Source of the DNA: a virus
Lineage: Duplodnaviria; Heunggongvirae; Uroviricota; Caudoviricetes
DNA: 15,067 bases
Strand: one strand, 5' to 3'
IMG/VR virus record: IMGVR_UViG_2703718826_000001
The first letter of the stretch is position 1, and each line of letters starts with the position of its first letter. This document shows positions 1 through 6,642 of this stretch, piece by piece. The notes under the pieces were generated by a model. It searched no databases, was not told where the DNA came from, and worked only from the letters and a program-made list of their open reading frames with translations. The translations under genes and the position numbers were made by a program.

Positions 1-196
1 AATAAGTTGGAGTCATCACCCTATCTGCGTTAGGTGTTAATTTTGATGATATTTAAAATTATTTTTCCAGTTTTTTGATTTTTCAACGACTGAATATCGG
101 AAATAGTCAATGACGAACATCAGTATTTTTACATCATTACGTCCGGATCATTGTCGGTTTATCTCCTTTTACTTGTGGTAATTGAGGGATAACAAC

Positions 197-228
197 AAAA
201 AAGGTGAGTTTTGCGACTCACCTTTTTT
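197..228. terminator. bidirectional rho-independent terminator 3' of mlaA
   Basis: A-run 197-202, stem GGTGAGT 203-209 pairing with ACTCACC 216-222, T-run 223-228; forms hairpin plus U-tract on either strand; sits immediately after the mlaA stop (238-240, minus strand). Confidence 0.6.
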
Positions 229-237
229 ATTTATTTC

Positions 238-993
238 TTATTCAGAATCGATATCTTTTAAATCATCCTGAATCGCTTGCGCGTTCGGATTTTCCTGCGG
301 TTTGAGTTCGCCGCCATTAGCGATGAAATCATGACGCTGGAAGTACGCTTCGCGCACCATAATATAAGGATCGGACGACTGACGCAGCAGACCGTCGGAA
401 TCCAGCAGCTGAGCGCGGGTTTCGATCCCTTCAAGCGTCCATTTACCCACAGACATCGGCCAGGTCAACCAGGAAAGAACCGGGTAAAGACCATCCGCCA
501 TATCACCACCGTCATCACGCAGCGTGAAGCTACCGTAGAATGGTAACTGAACGTACGGCCCATAACCCACGCCATAATGACCAAGCGTACTACCGAAGCG
601 GTGAGGTTCAGTCCGTTGCAGTTTCGGGTTCGCCATCCCTGCAACATCAATAAAGCCGCCCATCCCCAAAATGGTGTTCAGGAAAAAGCGGGTAAAGTGG
701 ACCATCCCCTGATAAGGGTCGCCCTGCAAGAAGTAGTTAACCATCACCGCAGGTTCTTCAAGGTTGCCGGTAAAGTTGCTCAAACCGTTACGCGCCGGTT
801 GCGGAACATAATCACGCCAGGCGACAGCGACCGGTCGAACAATATACGGGTCTAATACATTGAAGTTGAAGTTGTACATGGTGCGGTTGAACCCTTCTAA
901 CGGGTCAGAACGCCCTTGCTGATCTGTACCGGAACTCGCACACCCCACCAGAAGCGTAGTTCCCAGAGCAAGCGCCGACAGGCGAAGCTTCAT
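238..993 (-). CDS. mlaA: MlaA (VacJ) outer-membrane lipoprotein, phospholipid transport
   Basis: 251-aa ORF; N-terminal signal peptide with lipobox LLVGC; sequence recognised from memory as E. coli MlaA/VacJ; expected synteny with yfdC and argW. Confidence 0.9.
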   Translation of the reverse strand: MKLRLSALALGTTLLVGCASSGTDQQGRSDPLEGFNRTMYNFNFNVLDPYIVRPVAVAWRDYVPQPARNGLSNFTGNLEEPAVMVNYFLQGDPYQGMVHFTRFFLNTILGMGGFIDVAGMANPKLQRTEPHRFGSTLGHYGVGYGPYVQLPFYGSFTLRDDGGDMADGLYPVLSWLTWPMSVGKWTLEGIETRAQLLDSDGLLRQSSDPYIMVREAYFQRHDFIANGGELKPQENPNAQAIQDDLKDIDSE

Positions 994-1286
994 AAATGTC
1001 TCCCTGTTTTTTTATGGCTTATGCAGTTTGCCATCCATGACGGAACGATACCGTATCCGCCTGTTTAGGTGTGGGCGATTGTAACAGCACGTCAACTGAT
1101 GTCCAGACGCCCTGATTTGCTGATTTGATCATAGCCTGGTAATCGCCGCCCTGTAGGCTACTTGATTCTATAGAAACAGAAAAAGGCAAACGCAGCCTTT
1201 TCTACATTTTCAGAGTAACTCCCGTCAGTTGCGAGCAAAAAAGCCGCTACGCTTTAGCTATACGTGCTAATTCAAGAGAAGAGACC

Positions 1287-2219
1287 ATGGACAACGACAA
1301 AATTGATCAACACAGCGACGAAATTGAAGTTGAGAGCGAAGAAAAAGAGCGCGGCAAAAAAATAGAAATAGATGAAGACCGACTCCCCTCCCGGGCGATG
1401 GCAATTCATGAGCATATCCGCCAGGATGGTGAAAAAGAGCTGGAACGCGACGCAATGGCGCTACTGTGGTCAGCCATTGCGGCGGGTCTGTCGATGGGCG
1501 CTTCGTTACTGGCAAAAGGGATATTTCATGTCGAACTGGAAGGTGTGCCGGGCAGCTTCTTGCTGGAGAAGCTCGGTTATACCTTTGGTTTTATTATCGT
1601 CATTATGGCCCGCCAGCAATTATTTACCGAAAATACCGTGACTGCGGTACTACCCGTCATGCAAAAACCGACAATGAGCAACGTCGGCTTACTTATACGG
1701 TTATGGGGCGTCGTGCTGCTGGGTAATATTCTCGGGACAGGTATTGCGGCGTGGGCATTTGAATATATGCCTATCTTCAATGAAGAAACTCGCGATGCAT
1801 TTGTCAAAATCGGCATGGATGTGATGAAGAACACCCCCAGCGAGATGTTTGCCAACGCGATCATTTCCGGCTGGCTGATCGCCACTATGGTTTGGATGTT
1901 TCCTGCAGCGGGTGCGGCAAAGATTGTGGTGATTATATTGATGACCTGGCTTATTGCCCTGGGTGACACCACCCATATCGTGGTCGGTTCTGTTGAAATC
2001 CTCTATCTGGTGTTTAACGGTACGCTGCACTGGAGCGATTTCATCTGGCCCTTCGCACTACCTACTTTAGCGGGGAACATCTGCGGCGGCACCTTTATCT
2101 TCGCGTTAATGAGTCATGCACAGATTCGTAACGACATGAGCAATAAGCGTAAAGCAGAAGCACGCCAAAAAGCAGAACGTGCGGAAAACATTAAGAAAAA
2201 TTATAAAAACCCGGCATAA
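1287..2219 (+). CDS. yfdC: YfdC, formate/nitrite-transporter-family inner membrane protein
   Basis: 310-aa ORF with multiple hydrophobic segments and a charged N-terminal region; divergent from mlaA and immediately upstream of argW as in E. coli; recognised from memory. Confidence 0.8.
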   Translation: MDNDKIDQHSDEIEVESEEKERGKKIEIDEDRLPSRAMAIHEHIRQDGEKELERDAMALLWSAIAAGLSMGASLLAKGIFHVELEGVPGSFLLEKLGYTFGFIIVIMARQQLFTENTVTAVLPVMQKPTMSNVGLLIRLWGVVLLGNILGTGIAAWAFEYMPIFNEETRDAFVKIGMDVMKNTPSEMFANAIISGWLIATMVWMFPAAGAAKIVVIILMTWLIALGDTTHIVVGSVEILYLVFNGTLHWSDFIWPFALPTLAGNICGGTFIFALMSHAQIRNDMSNKRKAEARQKAERAENIKKNYKNPA

Positions 2220-2277
2220 ATGGCGAGGGTTTAAGCAATCGAGCGGCAGCGTACTTACCCCGCACTCCATTAGCGGG

Positions 2278-2290
2278 TATACTCATGCCG
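2278..2290 (+). promoter_or_regulatory. putative argW promoter -10 (TATACT) and GC-rich discriminator
   Basis: TATACT at 2278-2283 followed by GC-rich CATGCCGC, 12 nt before the mature tRNA 5' end at 2295; no convincing -35 seen. Confidence 0.3.
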
Positions 2291-2294
2291 CATT

Positions 2295-2369
2295 GTCCTC
2301 TTAGTTAAATGGATATAACGAGCCCCTCCTAAGGGCTAATTGCAGGTTCGATTCCTGCAGGGGACACTT
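2295..2369 (+). tRNA. argW: tRNA-Arg (anticodon CCU)
   Basis: Cloverleaf readable by eye: acceptor GTCCTCT pairs with AGGGGAC, anticodon loop CTCCTAA, T-arm GGTTCGATTCC; matches E. coli argW from memory except the last two encoded nt are TT instead of CA (CCA end). Confidence 0.85.
2347..2367 (+). repeat. attL core: 21-bp direct repeat (3' end of argW)
   Basis: TTCGATTCCTGCAGGGGACAC is identical at 2347-2367 and 13946-13966; the first copy is the 3' end of the tRNA gene. Confidence 0.8.
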
Positions 2370-2480
2370 TAAAGACCTTTCTCTACATTTCACTTCATTA
2401 CATAACCACTTAAAAAACAGTAAGTTATCACCGAATCGGCCTGATTTTCATTTCAGTTAATTTCATGACATTACAACCTC

Positions 2481-2530
2481 GTGATGGTATAAGTGATGGT
2501 ATTCCCCAGTTCGATATGCAGATACCATCA
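2481..2530. promoter_or_regulatory. putative integrase arm-type binding sites (TGATGGTAT repeats)
   Basis: GTGATGGTAT at 2481-2490 and 2493-2502 (12-bp spacing) plus an inverted copy ATACCATCA at 2522-2530; the same tandem pair recurs inside the other island end at 13873-13893. Confidence 0.45.
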
Positions 2531-2540
2531 ATTTACCAAA

Positions 2541-3827
2541 ATGAGTACAGATATGGCCATTAATGTGCTTTCCCCCAAACAGATAGAAAACGCCAAGCCG
2601 AAGACCAATGATTACAAACTTACCGATGGAGGGAGTTTGTATCTACTGGTACGAAAGACTGGTGGAAAATACTGGCGTATGAATTATCGTTTTGATGGAA
2701 AACAAGTGACATTGGCATTAGGGGTCTACCCAGATGTCTCACTTGCAACAGCGCGGAAACGGCGTGATGAAGCCAGGCAACTACTAGCCGATGGTCGTGA
2801 TCCTCGCGAAGCAAAGAAACCCAAAAAGGAAGACCCAATTTCCCCCACGTTCGAGAGTGTTGCCAGAGAGTGGCATAGTGGAACGATGGGGCATCCTGAG
2901 TGGAAAGAGATCACCCGTAAAAAAATTCTCCGAGAAATGGAAAACCACCTCTTTCCTGCCATCGGTTCAAAGCCTATCGATACGCTCAAAACCCGTGACT
3001 TGATGCCGATGCTGGTTGAGATGACTGAGAAAGGAATTGGTGCCACAACGAGCCGGGTAAAAACCACTATGACGAGCATCTTCCGTTATGCAGTGCAACG
3101 TGGAATTGTCGATTACAACCCTGCCCACGATCTAAAAGGTGCAATTACGGCCCCCAAAGTACGACATCGCCCCGCACTACCTCTCGAACGTTTACCTGAA
3201 CTGTTAGCGAAAACGAGAAGTTACACGGGAAGACCATTGACTCGCCTAGCAGTTCTCTTTTCCCTGCACACTTTTGTGCGATCCAGCGAACTACGACATG
3301 CCAGATGGGAGGAGATCGACATTGAAAATGGGCTATGGACGATACCAGGACAACGTGAAGAGATCGCAGGGGTTAAATTCTCAGATCGGGGTGCAAAGAT
3401 GGGGGCTGCTCATTATGTCCCGCTATCTAGTCAGGCTATCGGGGTACTGGAGGATATAAGGAAAATCAGTGGTGAATATCTGCTGGTTTTCCCCGGTGAC
3501 AGCAACCCATATAAACCGATGAGCGAAAACACAGTTAATAAAGCACTGCGAACGATGGGTTACGACACTCAAACTGATGTATGCTTGCATGGGTTCAGGG
3601 CGATGGCCTGCTCTGCACTGACCGAATCAGGACTCTGGTCACGCGATGCAGTTGAACGGCAGATGAGTCACCAAGAAAGAAACGAAGTGCGGGCAGCATA
3701 TGTGCATCTTGCGCAGCACATGCAGGAACGCCGCAGAATGATGCAATGGTGGTCTAATTATCTGGAACTAAATAAGGACGAATTTCATGCTCCTTATGAC
3801 TTATCAGGTATTAACATTATCAATTAA
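2541..3827 (+). CDS. P4-type tyrosine integrase (start uncertain: 2493 GTG, 2541 ATG or 2553 ATG)
   Basis: N-terminal AKPK...Y.L.DGGSLYL...KYWRMNYRFDGKQ motif typical of P4-family integrases; C-terminal catalytic-region residues (R in VRSSELRHARWEEID, HGFRAM, AAYVH); located directly 3' of the tRNA; first 48 nt of the ORF overlap the arm-site repeats, so an internal ATG is preferred. Confidence 0.85.
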   Translation: MSTDMAINVLSPKQIENAKPKTNDYKLTDGGSLYLLVRKTGGKYWRMNYRFDGKQVTLALGVYPDVSLATARKRRDEARQLLADGRDPREAKKPKKEDPISPTFESVAREWHSGTMGHPEWKEITRKKILREMENHLFPAIGSKPIDTLKTRDLMPMLVEMTEKGIGATTSRVKTTMTSIFRYAVQRGIVDYNPAHDLKGAITAPKVRHRPALPLERLPELLAKTRSYTGRPLTRLAVLFSLHTFVRSSELRHARWEEIDIENGLWTIPGQREEIAGVKFSDRGAKMGAAHYVPLSSQAIGVLEDIRKISGEYLLVFPGDSNPYKPMSENTVNKALRTMGYDTQTDVCLHGFRAMACSALTESGLWSRDAVERQMSHQERNEVRAAYVHLAQHMQERRRMMQWWSNYLELNKDEFHAPYDLSGINIIN

Positions 3828-3857
3828 ATACTCTTATAATTTAAAACAGAGGTCATA

Positions 3858-4739
3858 ATGCAGCATTCAACAGAGAATGAAACTATATTCTTAGGAAATC
3901 TATGGATTGACAAAAAAATACCACCATTAGAATATTGTTCATTTGAACGCGCTTCAAGACTATTAGAATGCGAGATTGATGATTTATTACACCTATACGA
4001 AATAGGCGCTTTTAATATCGCATTCAAGGCGGATGGACTTGCAGTTAGATTTAATGTTAATTTCCTCAATAAAAATCAGAAAATGGAAATTGACTTAATT
4101 CATCCCGTATTAACTAATCAATCACTAGAGATGGAGTTTTCAACAATATGGTATGACCTTAAAGATGATTCCTTTGAACATTTTGAAAATGGGCTTCAAA
4201 TTATAGGATTTGCCTGTGGTATTTGGTACGCCGATGATATGATAAGTGACATAAAAAATGGATTAGCTATAGATCCAGATTATGAATTCAGGCTTAAACC
4301 GGTAAAAATACGAGATAATGTTTTGATGGCAACGGCCTCATATGAAGGAAATAAGGTCATTGATATTCCATTTGAAGATCTTCTTATCATGCGAAGAGAT
4401 TTAGAGTTAATATGGAAATCAGTAAAAACTGGAATTCCTATGCCAAGTTTACTTACGAAAAGAATTTCATCTGAACCTAAAATCCCCAAGCGATTAAATA
4501 ACACTGCTGAGCATCATGCAAAAAATAGGGAGGGGTTATTAAATGCAGCCATATATATTTTAGCAAAATACCCAAGCGAATGTCGTGGTGAAAGAAAAGA
4601 GATAAGTCCTGAAAAGTGGACTAACGCCATAATTAAACATTTAGGAGAGCTACCTCCAATATTTATCACTAATGAACAAGAAATCTTAAGAAAATTACGA
4701 TTAGCGGTTAATCATGCGGGGTTAAAACAAAAGGGGTAG
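3858..4739 (+). CDS. hypothetical protein (AT-rich orphan cargo gene)
   Basis: 293-aa ORF; markedly AT-rich against GC-rich neighbours; no domain recognised. Confidence 0.6.
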   Translation: MQHSTENETIFLGNLWIDKKIPPLEYCSFERASRLLECEIDDLLHLYEIGAFNIAFKADGLAVRFNVNFLNKNQKMEIDLIHPVLTNQSLEMEFSTIWYDLKDDSFEHFENGLQIIGFACGIWYADDMISDIKNGLAIDPDYEFRLKPVKIRDNVLMATASYEGNKVIDIPFEDLLIMRRDLELIWKSVKTGIPMPSLLTKRISSEPKIPKRLNNTAEHHAKNREGLLNAAIYILAKYPSECRGERKEISPEKWTNAIIKHLGELPPIFITNEQEILRKLRLAVNHAGLKQKG

Positions 4740-4805
4740 ACTGAAACAATCTACAGGTAGAGTTGATTACACTACCTTCACAGCATTTTGATATCCCCAT
4801 AGTAT

Positions 4806-4833
4806 CTGCCGTGTTCATTACATAACACGGCAG
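4806..4833 (+). promoter_or_regulatory. inverted repeat (10-bp arms, 8-nt spacer) just upstream of alpA
   Basis: CTGCCGTGTT 4806-4815 and AACACGGCAG 4824-4833; right arm ends 8 nt before the alpA ATG and overlaps the likely ribosome-binding region. Confidence 0.35.
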
Positions 4834-4841
4834 GTAATTTC

Positions 4842-5057
4842 ATGACATTAAAAACTTATCCTATCACTGGACATGCCCGCCCACGAGCTACTGCTGACTT
4901 TTTGCAAATAAGTACGGTTACTCTCTGGCGCTGGGAAAAGAACAATCCTGAATTTCCCAAATCTATACGCATTTCAAAACGGGTATCTGTTTACGATGCA
5001 CAAGAAATTAGGCAGTGGGTTAAAGCTCAATCAGCAGGATTGGAGGAAGTAGTGTAA
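4842..5057 (+). CDS. alpA: AlpA-family phage regulatory protein (excision regulator, HTH)
   Basis: 71-aa ORF; FLQISTVTLWRWEKNNPEFPKSIRISKRVSVYDAQEIRQWV fits the AlpA/Xis-like pattern (T-I/L-Y/W ... FP.P ... R.V.W ... EI..W). Confidence 0.7.
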   Translation: MTLKTYPITGHARPRATADFLQISTVTLWRWEKNNPEFPKSIRISKRVSVYDAQEIRQWVKAQSAGLEEVV

Positions 5058-5106
5058 TGACAATATTAACAAAGCTGGGGAGAAAAAAGCCTCCCCAACG
5101 TATTAA

Positions 5107-5301
5107 TCAATTCTTTGGTTCTAAACCTCGGCTTTGTAACTCTTTGCGTAGAATGCGCTTGATCCAAGCCGCTAGCGATTCATCGCCATCCTGCTGTTGT
5201 GCTTGTTCCATCAGTTCACGCAGTTCAGGGTCAAGTCGGAACTGGAATGGCGGATTCCCACGTCTTTCATTTTTGTGTGTTGACACGTCAATTACACCCA
5301 T
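5107..5301 (-). CDS. putative ribbon-helix-helix (Arc/CopG-like) DNA-binding protein
   Basis: 64-aa ORF; PPFQFRLDPELRELMEQ ... SLAAWIKRILRKEL resembles a beta-strand/helix/helix RHH fold; divergent from the downstream small-gene operon; the competing plus-strand ORF 5057-5407 is Ser/Cys-rich and implausible. Confidence 0.5.
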   Translation of the reverse strand: MGVIDVSTHKNERRGNPPFQFRLDPELRELMEQAQQQDGDESLAAWIKRILRKELQSRGLEPKN

Positions 5302-5334
5302 TGTAATGTATTTATGTGTAATGACACATTACAC
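5289..5334. promoter_or_regulatory. operator-like dyads ATTACA-N5-TGTAAT and TGTAAT-N5-ATTACA in a divergent promoter region
   Basis: ATTACA 5291-5296 / TGTAAT 5302-5307 and TGTAAT 5317-5322 / ATTACA 5328-5333, lying between and over the start of the RHH gene and upstream of the Icd-like gene. Confidence 0.4.
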
Positions 5335-5417
5335 ACAGAAAAACAAAATAGCAACGCCCCGGAGTGTTTGCAGCAGCACCGAGGCGTCTGACCAGCACGT
5401 TATATGAGGTAACGAAG

Positions 5418-5594
5418 ATGGCTAAACAGAAGTGTACCTGGTTATTTGCGGCGATCAACCGCAGTCAACGTAATGCCCGTCCGGTGATGTTAAGGATCAT
5501 CGCAGATAACGAACGATCAGCGCGGCGCAGACTTGCCCCGGACTATGTACTGAGCTTTGCCGGGCGCATTCCCTGCGGAGGTGAACATGCGTAA
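5418..5594 (+). CDS. Icd-like host cell-division inhibitor family small protein (putative)
   Basis: 58-aa ORF from the internal ATG with GAGG upstream; pattern W.FAA..R....RPVML.I.A.NE..ARR.LA.DYVLSFAGRIP recalled as typical of Icd-like proteins in P4-like islands. Confidence 0.5.
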   Translation: MAKQKCTWLFAAINRSQRNARPVMLRIIADNERSARRRLAPDYVLSFAGRIPCGGEHA

Positions 5595-5946
5595 TTATCC
5601 GCACCCCGGCGAACGCTGGCAGCATGAACGTGGCTGGACGGTCACGATTATCCGATTAATAGAAGCCTCGCCCTCTGTGGCGCTGGTTAATCCTGAATTC
5701 AGCTGTGAAGTGCTGATACGTCATGACAGCGACAACCAGCTATCCTCCTGCCCTCTGGCATGGTTTGAACAGCGGTATACGCGCCTGTTTGATGTACCGC
5801 TCTTTAAGCCTGCACCAGCTCCTGCAGGCGGTAGTGGTTCCGGCCCGCTGACACTGCATCCGTCTGTGCTATTTATCCGCTGGCGGGAGCGTAGCATATG
5901 GCGCTCTGCTGAGCCTGACGACGGTCACTATTCAAAGTTTCTCTGA
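5587..5946 (+). CDS. hypothetical protein
   Basis: ATG at 5587 preceded by GGAGG at 5-nt spacing; overlaps the preceding stop by 8 nt; no domain recognised. Confidence 0.5.
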   Translation: MRNYPHPGERWQHERGWTVTIIRLIEASPSVALVNPEFSCEVLIRHDSDNQLSSCPLAWFEQRYTRLFDVPLFKPAPAPAGGSGSGPLTLHPSVLFIRWRERSIWRSAEPDDGHYSKFL

Positions 5947-5977
5947 CAAAATACCGCTGAAAACGGAGTAATCCACG

Positions 5978-6262
5978 ATGAATATTTCAAACGGGCACAA
6001 CGGTGCTCAGGGCCACACTTTGCCTGAAAAACACAATACCGGTGCTTTTGCCTATGGGTTGTCAGAGGACAGTTTCGGAAAGCTGACCCGCGCAAGAAAT
6101 GCCTGCGACATGCTCCAGCTTCTCTTTTCTGAATACCCGTCTCAGGCCGGAGCACTGGACGCTGGCTGTGCGCATGGTGTCGCCGCGCTGATGGAGTACC
6201 TGCTGGCAGATTTGACGGATATTGCACACAGCTGCGCACTGATTGAAGGAGGTGCCAGATGA
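5978..6262 (+). CDS. hypothetical protein
   Basis: 94-aa ORF with GGAG upstream; GC-rich like the primase operon; stop overlaps the next start (ATGA). Confidence 0.55.
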   Translation: MNISNGHNGAQGHTLPEKHNTGAFAYGLSEDSFGKLTRARNACDMLQLLFSEYPSQAGALDAGCAHGVAALMEYLLADLTDIAHSCALIEGGAR

Positions 6263-6642
6263 ACCAGCCGCAGGTTTCCATTTTCCCGGCAGAAATGACC
6301 ACCGCGCTTTACCGGCGGGCTATTGCTTCAGCATGGCGGCAGAAAATGCTGAACGAAACTGGCAGTGATCAGTATGGTCCGCACAGCCTGACGGTGGAGC
6401 GTATTGAAATGGCCATTGCGCTGCATATCGAGTGCGTACTGATTAACGAGTACGGCGAAGTGCAGGGCGCCGCTGCCGCGCTGGCACTGCTGACTGACAT
6501 GCTGGAGCCGTCACTGCTGACCGCGCCGCCGGTACTGACCGCGCGCGGCTGTGAAGTGATGGCGGAGATGTACCGCACGCTTCCGGCGGCCTTTGATGAC
6601 TTCTGCAGTACCGGTGTGACGTTGTATGAGGGGGAAGTATGA
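6259..6642 (+). CDS. hypothetical protein
   Basis: 127-aa ORF coupled at both ends by ATGA overlaps (6259-6262 and 6639-6642). Confidence 0.6.
   Translation: MNQPQVSIFPAEMTTALYRRAIASAWRQKMLNETGSDQYGPHSLTVERIEMAIALHIECVLINEYGEVQGAAAALALLTDMLEPSLLTAPPVLTARGCEVMAEMYRTLPAAFDDFCSTGVTLYEGEV

Noticed and set aside
277-855. Plus-strand ORFs within mlaA (277-546, 577-855) and the minus-strand ORF 465-650
   Set aside because: Overlap the well-supported mlaA frame; no independent evidence.
1181-1201. Weak hairpin AAAAGGC / GCCTTTT in the mlaA-yfdC divergent intergenic region
   Set aside because: Only a 7-bp mostly A-T stem, located between divergent promoters where a terminator is not expected; possibly a regulatory structure but not supportable from sequence alone.
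1267-2030. Alternative-frame and antisense ORFs within yfdC
   Set aside because: Overlapped by the membrane-protein frame of yfdC; compositions look like frame artefacts.
2493-2540. 5' extension of the integrase ORF (GTG start at 2493, MMVFPSSICRYHQFTK)
   Set aside because: It overlaps the TGATGGTAT arm-type repeats, has no ribosome-binding site, and similarity to P4-type integrases only begins after the internal ATGs at 2541/2553.
2465-2563. 32-codon small ORF starting MTL within the duplicated TAATTTCATGACATTA block upstream of int
   Set aside because: Short, out of frame with int, and its start codon exists only because the block duplicates the alpA start region; more likely a regulatory duplication than a gene.
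3824-4069. Minus-strand 81-aa ORF overlapping the int stop and the start of the orphan gene
   Set aside because: Antisense to two better-supported plus-strand genes; no start context.
5057-5407. 116-aa plus-strand ORF overlapping the RHH gene
   Set aside because: Ser/Cys/Arg-rich low-complexity translation with no start context; the opposite-strand 64-aa ORF has a coherent RHH-like sequence.
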